Shown here one piece after another: positions 40,101-49,494 of a stretch of 64,000 nucleotides of DNA. The notes below the pieces were generated by a model. The model worked only from the letters and a program-made list of their open reading frames with translations, made no database searches and was not told where the DNA came from. The position numbers were made by a program, and so were the translations under genes. Source of the stretch: Nemertoderma westbladi (taxonomy: Eukaryota; Animalia; Xenacoelomorpha); assembly GCA_032718475.1 (NCBI GenBank), contig JAUCBJ010001674.1, positions 21,368-85,367 of the forward strand, written 5' to 3'. Positions within the stretch are counted from its first letter, which is position 1. Each line of letters starts with the position of its first letter.

Positions 40101-41997
40101 TTGTAGCGGGCGGATGAGGGACAACGGGCGACAAATTATGAATATTTCGCTCGGGGTCCAGGACCTGAACTGTCTCTGGGGCAGTTCTACGGGGCACAGG
40201 TAGCTTAGTGCTATGCAGAGGGAATTTAGAAGTAGTTTCAGGGAGCACAAGTGTATCTATCACCGAAGGGGTGATTTCAAGAACAGGCCTAATTATTTCA
40301 GGCTCATCTACTATAGTAGGGAGTCTTTCTATTTTAATTATTTGGTCTGTGGGCTCTGTACTACCTAAGTTGGTGTTATTTAGTTGCCTTCTAACAGCTG
40401 GAGGCAAATCAGGCAATTTCTGACGGTGGAATGTTCTTTTACGTCTGCTTAGACGAGATCTATTTCCTTTGCCTTCAGTATCGGTGGTATCGCCTTCCTC
40501 AGATGATGTATATCCCTGTCTTTTGGGAGTAGATCGATTCATCATCTGCATATTGCTAGCCGTTAACTGTTTATTTATGCAGTCTTGATTCTCTTGAATG
40601 TTTTCCAATTCTAATTGGTTGGTTTCTTCGGCCGCTTTTGCCTCTGCCGCTGCCGCTTTTGCCTCTGCCGCTGCCTCTGCCGCTGCCGCCTTTCTTTCAG
40701 CTTCGGCCGCCTTTGCCTCTGCCGCTGCCGCTTTTGCCTCGGCCGCTGCCTCTGCCGCTGCCGCTTTTCTTTCAGCTTCGGCTACTTTCCTTTCCGCTTC
40801 GGCAGCTGCTACTGCTGCTTTCTTTCTGTCTTCTATACGTTTTTTCTTGACTTGTTCTTCTTGGACTCGTGTGATGCGGAGTTGTTCATCAAATTTAGCC
40901 TGGTTCGCAGCCCTCATTTCCACATCGATGGCATCCAACACAAGCTTGGTTCCTTCACTATTAGGGCTAAGTCCCTCTAACCTTCTCCTCAACTCGTCAT
41001 CACCTAAAAAACGTTGATAGTCTGACAGATAGATGTCAATGGCATCCCTCTTATGCGGTTTCTCTGCCGTCGCTTCACTTTCCACTTGGGAAAAAGTAGC
41101 GTCTGTTGATTCTCCATGGGTTGAGCGCTCCTCTAGCTGAGCTTTCCACTGAGCTGTTCCTTGAACCTGGAGACTCACCCTTTGAAACCAAGTCTTTACG
41201 GCAACTTGCAACGACGTGTCTTGCCTTCGTTTTGAAGCCTCCTCAAAGGCCGATAATATTAGCCTGATCCGCAAAACTCTTTCTCTAACTTGATAAAGCA
41301 GCGATCCCTGCTCTTGAGGTCCTTGAGGTTGTTGAAAAAGTTGCTTTTCTACTCGCTCCATAGAGCTGAAGAATCCCTGTGCGTATCCGGCTGCGGACCT
41401 CTTCCACACAGCTGGATCGATGGTTTCCTTGGCTACTCCCATCCGGTGTATGTCTTCCCAGGCAGCTTCTGATAAATCAAACGGGAGTCCGGGTCCGGGG
41501 AAGTTCCATTGCGACTCGACAATAGACTTCAGTTCTTCACTCGTGTATCCCGCGTAACTATCTCTAGTTGACCGTCGACTTCTCGCCCAATCGATCTGGT
41601 GTTCTTCCACCGCGATCAATAACCCAGCGAGCACGGCTGCAGGAAGGATGAGAAGGGGATCCGTATAAACCGCATCCGTCATCTCTGCTCCGCGCTCGGG
41701 TGTCAGCTCTACAGTATCCTCACTACTGGAGCTGCTGGGCCGCTGAGGAATAGGTTCTTGACTAGCGGGTTGTTGCTGTTCCGCTGCTTGTTGGTCCCGC
41801 TTGACCTGAGCTCGGGTGCCTATGATAGACCTACGATGTTGGACTAGCCTAGGTTCTGTTATTACTACTGGAGGGATGACCTTCCTCACAGTGGGAGGTG
41901 AACTGAACTTACGACCAGACGGTTGTACGTCTCGATCTGAGTTGCAGATGGTTACATCTAATAAACTGTCTGACAGGTTCTGCTTAGTATCAGACAT
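37174..41997 (-). CDS. BEL/Pao Gag-protease polyprotein (1607 aa) with RT, most of RNase H and integrase deleted
   Basis: DUF1759-like Gag core (KFNGDEMKWLPF..LSNGEKLRYLIECLEG); zinc knuckles (CVLCDGPH..C, CYNCLRRGH..C, CAKCGAKHHILLH); aspartic protease (ALLDSGS, ILIG, AVRTRVGWYLTGP). The protein then jumps to the RNase H tail (QWRYCP..N..DIASRG..EDEWP..YSSWNRL). Confidence 0.93.
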   Translation of the reverse strand: MSDTKQNLSDSLLDVTICNSDRDVQPSGRKFSSPPTVRKVIPPVVITEPRLVQHRRSIIGTRAQVKRDQQAAEQQQPASQEPIPQRPSSSSSEDTVELTPERGAEMTDAVYTDPLLILPAAVLAGLLIAVEEHQIDWARSRRSTRDSYAGYTSEELKSIVESQWNFPGPGLPFDLSEAAWEDIHRMGVAKETIDPAVWKRSAAGYAQGFFSSMERVEKQLFQQPQGPQEQGSLLYQVRERVLRIRLILSAFEEASKRRQDTSLQVAVKTWFQRVSLQVQGTAQWKAQLEERSTHGESTDATFSQVESEATAEKPHKRDAIDIYLSDYQRFLGDDELRRRLEGLSPNSEGTKLVLDAIDVEMRAANQAKFDEQLRITRVQEEQVKKKRIEDRKKAAVAAAEAERKVAEAERKAAAAEAAAEAKAAAAEAKAAEAERKAAAAEAAAEAKAAAAEAKAAEETNQLELENIQENQDCINKQLTASNMQMMNRSTPKRQGYTSSEEGDTTDTEGKGNRSRLSRRKRTFHRQKLPDLPPAVRRQLNNTNLGSTEPTDQIIKIERLPTIVDEPEIIRPVLEITPSVIDTLVLPETTSKFPLHSTKLPVPRRTAPETVQVLDPERNIHNLSPVVPHPPATTLATPASAVEWVDERRRGMDILLGQMQETVQQFKGTVRESRLELQEVQQSIALERDKLVNTQRGIPPPSVTMCQPVRSEVSHAQGVEPTRIYTASEVETPIVNPIKGNYRPVDSDIPYRPDHNPRNLYTDNSILNSTMAQESFTRQMARTEARQAVKVGEIVKFNGDEMKWLPFNEYYKDNIQNSVLSNGEKLRYLIECLEGSPKLMALKFIGHPDGLRQVWDTLNIRYGNRTNIARYLYAKLMAPRKFLSSGIIEFSDEIQEICRQLDWLGKSHEYQNSMVVGALASTLPKGGVGTRWDKKVLYMMEQQQRDPTMADLMSFLDSEVKLQLIKQSREKTAESKVSEKPVSRRRVTPVCYTDDGESQTSQGEDSGKDTDRSYVNKMPKDQVSKSKSRPNDRREPVQKTPPTSPKRIQVRKPEERTSVHHTAHVKVSNIKPKCVLCDGPHRLNACDKFLRKSLKDRREVMWDKRLCYNCLRRGHQRRTCNSDARCAKCGAKHHILLHTEFERNSPSQVSESELHVQFSDVNDTDQSEMEGFYTDEFSDQNESCYLINTTAVYRAFVYEKDTDSDLTLTTSDQQPSWKAPTSNIGIREFPVVQLRVHGPQKSYIVNALLDSGSTGTFIDKELAEVIFAGQPKFRTKLNMSGIMQVWNSTVAADYYIGELSTPQDELGEHSIRSVKMVAIKNFATTQADLYNWDEDESIQHLNIPRFQTDYPGVQILIGQNAHEALETLEKRPAQPQPLQTYAVRTRVGWYLTGPSRRTLRERLLQDRVCQVSEWEDDNSEGDDPTEGTPHSSDNDNLNSNVDQWRYCPKTMNTTDIASRGATPQELTDTTDRLGEPDFLSKEDEWPPHLTPTEIRPAKGAEKVKPKTRTGGAELFEPGIDLSVVHIARDDAVDLDLPTASGSFMKIRESDWSSGTSDVSQGLSPLLQRATDHYSSWNRLCDAVIYFEQCFYRHYSRTKRKPGIVFRMQ

Positions 41998-43250
41998 GAC
42001 TAGGTATGTACAGTTGAATGCCTACTGCTATATTACAGTCTAAGCAAGTCTAGTAACTCAGTATTAACTGCTAGCCTAGTAATTAATTACCGTTACTGCT
42101 ACTCAGTGTAGCGTGATATATAATATATTATAATAGAATACCGGTATGCTTATAGTATATATAAGTATTATTACAGACTAGGTTTATCTCAGAATACCGG
42201 TATAATTTTAGCACAAATATATATAAATATATAATAGGCCTATCGGGAATACCGGTATATCAATTATTTTAAAATAACTGAATTTCTGAATTTCAAGGGT
42301 TACTTGGTTACTTTACTTACTTTATTACCGTTATTTGAGCAGTAATCCAACTGATATTGAGACCTAATGGTTGTATGGTAGGCCTACGATTTATAAATCG
42401 TTAGATTTGATTTATAATATATATATACCCGTTTAATGGGTTTTGTCAATGTTGAAATAAATGTTATTATTTCTGGGGTAATCACTACACAAAGCGGTAC
42501 GCTTTCAGTGAAGTGTTACTTATAGGACACTAAAACAAATAATTCTAATTTACCTAAGTTACTTAATACTACAAATTACGTACAATTCGGGTGAGATTAC
42601 AATCTCTAAATAAACACAAAAATTTACAAAAACACAAAATACGAAATTTTTTAGGGTATTTTTACAAGAAGTCTACAAACCAGCCTAACAAAGGGTTAGA
42701 AAACCGGTTATTACAACGGACAGGGTACTACGGTATTTGAAATAATAAGTAGTAGTAAATACACTGCGTTGTCTAGATAGGAAAATACCACCGCCTGACG
42801 ACCTATAGCCGTATCGCTATAGGTTCTACGTTATGTATCACGGAGTGTTCCTACCTAGAAGTTAATAGAGCTAATCGAATGTGCCTATCAACCACTTTAC
42901 AACACAGATATAATGCCTACACTAATTACTTCGGAAAGCACTGTACACTAAACCCTAAATTAGGTACGAGTACTTGTATAACATATAATCTGTAGTTAAA
43001 TATACTTGAACAGCTAAAAGAACCACGGCATCTGCTGGAGTGACCGATGCACAAAATCACCAGTCTTTACCTACGCCGAGCAGCCCGTGTAGTACCGGGG
43101 TTAATTTAACTATAGCGGTATGTATAACAAACACAATTACTGTATGAACAAACTTGGGGAATGAATGTTGCGGATAATCGCATAAACTCTGAATAATAAA
43201 TATTACGCTACGCGTACAAACCACTCAAACAAAATACAGACCGAACACTG

Positions 43251-43730
43251 ACAGACTACTATCAAGCCTAAACAAACTACGGTATATGCAGACTCCGAAA
43301 TGATTAGGGAGTATGCGCTCTAACCCAGTAGTGCGACTTATTCTTTAGTTGGGGGTTTACCTTACAGCGTTCGCTGCCCCTACTGCCTAACCGTACTTAA
43401 TCGGACAGATGATCTACACACGCGGCAATCCGTTCAGACCTAATAACAGCCAGACAACTATCCAGCCTACAAATTATCTAAGTAAAATTATACGCTACCC
43501 GTACAGACTTACACAAACAAAGTACAGACTAAACGATGGCAGACTACTCTCAAGCCTAAATAAACCGCAGGACATGCAGACTCCGAAATGATTAGGGAGT
43601 ATGCGCTCTAACCCAGTAGTGCGACTTATTCTTTAGTTGGGGGTTTACCTTACAGCGTTCGCTGCCCCTACTTCCTAACCGTACTTAATCGGACAGGTGA
43701 TCTACACACACTGCAATTCGTTCGGACTTA
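43251..43730. repeat. Direct duplication (period 288 bp) in the 5' leader of the LTR element
   Basis: GACTCCGAAATGATTAGGGAGTATGCGCTC...ATCGGACAG occurs at 43291 and 43579 with high identity. Confidence 0.85.
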
Positions 43731-44074
43731 ACAGCAATCAGACAACAGCTCAGCCTACAAATCGTCTGTACAATCTGATCAGGCTTACACGCCTTCTGTT
43801 CAATACTGGCCTACAAATAAATAAAACTTGACAGAAATAAGTAAAAATCTCAATAAAAAACCAGGGCTGCAGTCCCTGATTAATTATTAAGACCTACCGG
43901 TATACAACTATCAAAATCGAATAATACTGCTGTACCTGTACTGCTGTAGGTACCGGTCCGGGTGGTTAGGTAGTCAGGCCTACTGGTACCGGTTCTGGCA
44001 GTTGGGCCTACTGACCTACAGATGTACCGGTTGACCAGTACTTTCAACTTTATTGCTTACTGCAATAAAGAAGC

Positions 44075-44086
44075 TATATCCTTTAA
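44075..44086 (-). promoter_or_regulatory. PBS-position sequence TTAAAGGATATA (not TGG-starting), complementary to LTR positions 44826-44837
   Basis: Directly abuts the 5' LTR and is a perfect 12-bp inverted repeat with a site inside the LTR. Confidence 0.6.
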
Positions 44087-45278
44087 TGTTCGCGCTTTCA
44101 GACCTTTGGCAGTTTAACCCGCCAAATTAGAATGTCTTCTAGATAATAAATCGCTTTTTAGCCTATGACAAGTATTTGATTCACTACACTAGTCGAAACC
44201 AATCTGTGCGCGATCATTCACCCGCTGGATATTCCCGGGAGATTGGGTTCGATGGTTTAATTTTATTGCTATGTAAGCCTAATGTATTATTCGACTGACA
44301 GTATTATATAATCTCTGACAATATTATTCACCTTCGGTAATATTAACAGTTCCTTTAGGACGTGGCGCTTTATCTATATAAACAGAGTTATGACTTAAAC
44401 TACTCACAACGATATGGCTTAATTATAATTCACATATATGGCGCATTCTTTAGGAATGCTTCTTTAACAGACTCACTCATACACAATGCTGCACAATACT
44501 GCACACTAATCTGCCGATCTTCACTGATTTTAGTCACATATAAAAGGAACACAGACTGACTCATGTAGGGTCTATCAAATAACATTAGATTCACTTCAAA
44601 CCACTTTAACATAAGTCACAATCGTTTATCTGTAACCTTTCTCTCTTACCTTCGGTATATCAAGAATATTGGGTGTCGGGGTTATTTCTCGTTATTCCAA
44701 TATAATAATTCATCAACAAATATAATGAATAACCGACAACAAATAGCAGTATGCAGTATTCACAAAGCCAGTTATTAAAGGCCGTGACTACGGTGTGTCA
44801 AATGCGAGTTAAATGCGAGGTGCAGTTAAAGGATATATGTCCTTATAATTAAACCTACTAGTGTTGCGCTAAAAAGCAGAAAACATAAAACACTAAAAAG
44901 CCGTTCTTTCGTGGCTTTGAAAAACTCGTGACTACTGCTCTATACGAGGATACCAACTCCCTTATTCCACGAAGCTCCCGTTCAACACAGAGAAAGAGCA
45001 GTGAGATAGGAAATTTTCAGTTCAGCAGCTCTGTGATAGGTCAAAATCAAGGCTAACTCAAATTCTATTGGGAGATACAAAAACAAGGCTATGACGCAAC
45101 CTCCCTAGGCTTGTTGGCCGATTAAACAGAGCCCAGATGCCTGCGTACAGCAAATCAGCCAATAAGCTGGTAACTTGCACTATTTTTAACTATAGATCAC
45201 TTTGAGAGTATTCTTAGCGACTGGGGGGGAACTGGCCAACAAGGCAAACGAATCAGTTATCCCACAAAAGCTTTTACA
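44087..45278 (-). repeat. 5' LTR (1192 bp)
   Basis: Direct repeat of 31485-32676; candidate polyadenylation signal AATAAA on the minus strand at 44262-44267. Confidence 0.96.
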
Positions 45279-45975
45279 GGTCTGGATATAACGGATTGTT
45301 ATCATCCACGTTTATAGACTCTATATCTATCATATCGATGGTACTGGTATGTGTAATAATAACATCGAGGAGATGGCCAGATCGGTGCGTGGGGGAGTTG
45401 ACCAATTGTTTCAGACAAAGGGATTCTAACAAATCTCTGAAGCGGTTGGTTGCATTCGAATTCTCATCGAGGTGAATATTTAGGTCGCCGACTACAATTG
45501 TATCTACAGTTGAATCGGTAAATAACGCAGAAAGAAAATAATTAAATTCATCTAGGAAGCAATTATATAGTTCGCCGCTGACTAGTGGAGAAGGACGATA
45601 TACTACAACAAATCTAATTGGACCGACTGTTGTTTTGATATTAATAGCAATGTTCTCGAACGACGTATAATTTTCATTAAAATTAAGAGAGGATAAACAG
45701 CCTTTTAGTTCCTTGCGGTGGAGTATCCCAACCCCACCTCCTCTAGTTAATCGTGGTTTATGGTCTAAGTTGTGAGTATTTGGGGTGAGCTGAGTAGTTA
45801 CACTGTTGCAAAAATCGTGTACAGTAAGCCAAGTTTCAGCAATTCCTAGAATATCAAAGTTATTATCCTCGACGAATAAACGAGTCTGAGATGTCTTGTT
45901 AACTATTGACCATGGATTAATATAGCATAACTTAAGAGAGTCACTACAGTTATCATTGGAAGCGTTACCCTCAAG
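45279..45975 (-). pseudogene. LINE ORF2, 5' part: APE-type endonuclease domain (open frame)
   Basis: Manual translation: LKLCYINPWSIVNK..DILGIAETWL..RGGGVGIL..VVVYRPS..IVVGDLNIH..PTHRSGHLLDVII..PD|HYPV. It continues in frame at 31479 once the LTR element and one TSD are removed. Confidence 0.92.
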
Positions 45976-46625
45976 TCACTCCGATCCAACAGGATGTGGA
46001 GGAGCTGCCGAGGAGTCGGCAGTAGCAGTGGGATCGCGGCGTGGTCGAAGGTTAAACTGAGAACGTTCGGTGTCTGAAAGGCGATAGTTCCGTATTAAAA
46101 CACCGTCTTCCCAGTTGCTTGGATCCATGAGCTGTGTACGGTTGTCCTGTGTACAGGTAAGATGAAAAAGCGCGTGTTAGGTCGCCGAATGCGTTTGGTT
46201 CGGAATTCTGTCGGTTCGAGATCGGAACAACGTCGATGAAGGGAAGATTGTCGTGTGACAGGTACCCTTTAACATCATCAGCTGTAACTGTTCCAGCAAA
46301 CCGGCCTATATAGATATGAGCCGTGTCGAAATTCCGCCGAGGAGCGACTGCGAGACGAGTTCCGTGCTTTATACCGAGAGTAGTTGTACCGCGGCGTCTC
46401 GGTTCGGTGTCTGTTACAGGAGGAGATCTGATGGATGCTAGGGGCATCGGAGTAGAGAGTGCGGGCGCTGCGGGGGTGCCTGCTACAGAGGCCCAGGACC
46501 TGGGATTCTGGGTAGGCCTACCGGTAGCAGGATCCAAGCCTGTTTGGAGGTTCGGGGGAGGTGCTGACTGGATGGTGTCTATTAACTTATCTTTGGCGAT
46601 TATTGATTCGCGTTGGGCGGCGAAT
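45976..46625 (-). pseudogene. LINE ORF1 C-terminal fragment with a +1 frameshift at the A5 run 46165-46169
   Basis: SWASVA..HIYIGRF..VTADDVKGYL, then in the shifted frame AFHLTC..LMDPSNWEDGVLIRNY, a typical CR1/L2 ORF1 ending; stop TGA at 45976-45978. Confidence 0.75.
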
Positions 46626-46784
46626 ATATAATCTAATCTAATAATAATAATCTAATCTGCTGTATGTCTAAATATTGTTATAAAGATAATAATTAATAGT
46701 TTTGATTTGAGTTGATTTGATTTGCTTTTCTACGTCTATCTGTTTGGTTTCCTTTACATCAGTTCGGCTTTGAATAGTTAAGTT

Positions 46785-47252
46785 TTATCGTTTCCCTGAG
46801 ACTTTTGAGTTCTTTGAACGGGTCCGTTTTCTTCCCCTAGACTTTGATTGCGCACACAGACAGTTACTTATTTCTACCTTGCTGGTCCCTGATAAAGTTT
46901 CCCTTATCCCGGCTTCCGGACTATCACTTTCACGCCGATACGCTTTGGGTGTGCAGTAACCTGTACTTAGTGCAACCATCCATTTGTAGACTTGATTGAA
47001 GTGCCTTTTCGAGAGATGCGGTCCGCAAACTCTATACATAAATCCCGCAAACTGTGTGTAATCCCCCTTGAGGTCCAAGTAGCGTTTTATGAGCTGATTC
47101 GTCTTTGTTATTCCCTTCCTTTCCATCCGCTGGCAGAAAATCGGACCAATACCAGGTACCTTGATGAGTTTGGTTTTGTAAATCTTTGACATCCCTGTTG
47201 CTCCATAATCCAACTCCTTTTTCGTGGATTTGGTTCGCTTTGTTCTACCCAT
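46785..47252 (-). CDS. Divergent BAF (barrier-to-autointegration factor)-like protein with basic N- and C-terminal tails, copy 1 (155 aa, intronless)
   Basis: KLIKVPGIGPIFCQRMERKGITKTNQLIKRYLDLKGDYTQFAGFMYRVCG aligns without gaps to BAF [51 protein letters not shown] (HhH GIG, KG, YL.LK.D..F..CG); ATG in an AAAATGG context. Confidence 0.75.
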   Translation of the reverse strand: MGRTKRTKSTKKELDYGATGMSKIYKTKLIKVPGIGPIFCQRMERKGITKTNQLIKRYLDLKGDYTQFAGFMYRVCGPHLSKRHFNQVYKWMVALSTGYCTPKAYRRESDSPEAGIRETLSGTSKVEISNCLCAQSKSRGRKRTRSKNSKVSGKR

Positions 47253-48478
47253 TTTGAATTGAAAGATTTGAGTTTATGAAATGAATTTGAACTGGTTATA
47301 TCCCATGAGATGCTACGATTTTGATGTTACTTACACTGCTAGACTAACTACAACCGCATAAGTGAACTAAATCTACCTACATTTTCCGTATATTCCAGAA
47401 TATTACAGCTAGAGCTACCACGGATACACTTTAAAATAAAAGTAAATATTCAAGATGAAAGCCAAAAAAACATTAGAATTATATATTGTTGAGGGTTTTC
47501 CTGAAAGTAACCAAATTCTACTCCGGACCGACTTTAAATGCAAATGCAATACGACTTTCGGTGCCACGATGTTGTGTTCCAGATGGTCGATTCTCGTAGA
47601 GAATTTTTCGGGCTATCTAGTGGTATATAACACTAATCTTCTATCGTTTTCCATTTTGGAATAATTTTACGAAAACTAAAGGGTAATCGCTCATAATTTG
47701 TTCAAAACGAGTTCAGAGTTCAAAACGACACCAGACATCCATTCATATTTCTGTCTCTCTGTCTGTCAAACATTAAGATAGAATACAGGCTAACTAAAAT
47801 TCTCGCTATAGAGGTTTTTTGTGTTCGTGATTTCAATTAAGATGTTAGTTTTAACAATTCATGGAATCTATACAGCCGGTCCGTCTGTCTATCTGTCCGT
47901 CTTTTTGTCAGACTGTCCGTCTAACATTAAGAAAACATACTATCTAACTAAAATTCTCGCTATGGGGGTTTCTCGGGTTTGTGATTTCATTTCTGATGTC
48001 AGTTTTCACATTTCACGAAATCTAGACTGTCTGTCCGCCTGTCTGACTGTCCGTCATTTTGCCAATCAGTCGGTCATTAGATATTTGCGAACAAAGGATT
48101 GCGTCTACGTGGTTTAAATTTTAATTTTCGGATTCCTCGTAAAAGTTTGAGTCAGAAATTGTCGAACTAGCCCATAGGGTGTTGCAAGAATAAAAATAAA
48201 CATATCATAAAACCTTAAATGCGTTTTTCTCTGGACGCCTTTTTTTGATACTATACGTTTCTACTTGACACGCCACATATTTTGGTTTCGGTGACTCGCA
48301 ACTAGAAGCACCGATTTTTCAACACCAAAACAAAGAAATGGTCCCCTAATCCAATCTTTACCGAAATAAAAAACAAACCCTCTAAAAATCAATTTCCCCA
48401 AATTAAATGCATATTCCCCCAAACTATATACACACTTAAAACCAAATATAACGTTAGAATTTATTAAATGGCATTTAA

Positions 48479-48509
<31 letters not shown>

Positions 48510-48977
48510 TACACCATTTTGGTCCAAAATATGTCGAAATTGTTTTAAGTTAAATTTGTTTAAAGTATCAGACAACTTTTCGAAATTATTTGTTAATAGA
48601 ATTTAATACTATTTATAAAAAACCTAAAAATTTGCATAAATTTGCAGCACCACCTAACGGTGCAGAATTATTTTAATAAAATTTTGCCTAATAGTTATGT
48701 TGCCCCATCTTTGATCTATCATATAAAAAACTTTCATGTGATTAGGTTCAAAACTGTAAAAGCCTTAGGGTTTTAAGCGCAACCAAGTTTTTTTTATTGT
48801 TAACTAGTATTAACTAATATTAAATAGCGAAAATTTTTTTTTCTGACCCTGTCATGTAGAATAGCATCTTAGGCACCTATATGCCAAATTTTAGCCAAAA
48901 CCAAACAATTTTGAAACGCTGAGAGTTCGATGAGTTTGTCCGAAAATGTTGTGCCCCCCCCCCCCCCCTTCCCCCCC
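48479..48977. mobile_element. Kolobok-like non-autonomous element (499 bp) with TTAA TSD and G-run/C-run termini
   Basis: TTAA at 48475-48478 and 48978-48981; imperfect TIR beyond the homopolymers (ACACCATTTT / ACAACATTTT); absent from the paralogous site at about 51180. Confidence 0.75.
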
Positions 48978-49494
48978 TTAAACAAAACGCAAATTCATCC
49001 GGCTCTGTGAAAAGACTGTGAACAACTTCAAGGCGTGGGATAAAGTGCCTCAATGAATTTTTAATGTAATACATAATCTAATCCACTCTGGTCTATAGTC
49101 ACTAGTCAGCCTTAGTAACCCGGCCCAACAACCAACTGCAATCAATAGGTTAACGTAATATGTTGGTCAATAGAAACCAGTGCATTGACTCTCTTTTTGA
49201 GACGCAAATTCAAATAATTCTAATGTTTTTCACTTAATTCTAGAATATTAATTACGCGTAGATTAATGAAGAAACAATATAAGAATTTTAAACGATCAGC
49301 TAAGTGTATTACTGAAGTGTAATACAGTAATGTATACAATTTGTCACTACATACATCTAATCTAATCTGCTGTATGTCTAAATATTGTTATAAAGATAAT
49401 AATTAATAGTTTTGATTTGAGTTGATTTGATTTGCTTTTCTACGTCTATCTGTTTGGTTTCCTTTACATCAGTTCGGCTTTGAATAGTTAAGTT

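Larger units (their letters stand above)
31485..45278 (-). mobile_element. BEL/Pao-family LTR retrotransposon, 13.8 kb, non-autonomous (Gag-protease only), recently inserted; 5-bp TSD GGTCT
   Basis: Two 1192-bp TG...CA LTRs; GGTCT at 31480-31484 and 45279-45283; BEL/Pao-type Gag and protease; no recognisable RT or integrase. Confidence 0.95.
29198..46625 (-). mobile_element. L2-clade (CR1 group) LINE, 5'-truncated within ORF1 and split by an LTR retrotransposon at 31485-45278
   Basis: (ATT)n tail at 29198-29218, 3' stem-loop, RT and L2-type C-terminus (HITPTLRTLHWLPV..GLAPSY..GSRAF..FKSQLKT). The APE endonuclease and an ORF1 remnant lie on the far side of the LTR element, and the frame is continuous across the insertion. 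Confidence 0.93.

Noticed and set aside
40598-41017. Plus-strand Ala-, Cys- or Pro/Leu-rich ORFs
   Set aside because: Antisense shadows of the AEAKAAA repeat in the Gag ORF.
47455-48575. Short ORFs repeated in each BAF unit, including a poly-Pro ORF
   Set aside because: Conservation comes only from the recent duplication; the region looks like non-coding repeat sequence with CTGT motifs, and the poly-Pro derives from the G homopolymer.
48479-48977. piggyBac assignment for the TTAA-flanked element
   Set aside because: piggyBac ends begin with CC; this element begins with GG, which fits Kolobok better.
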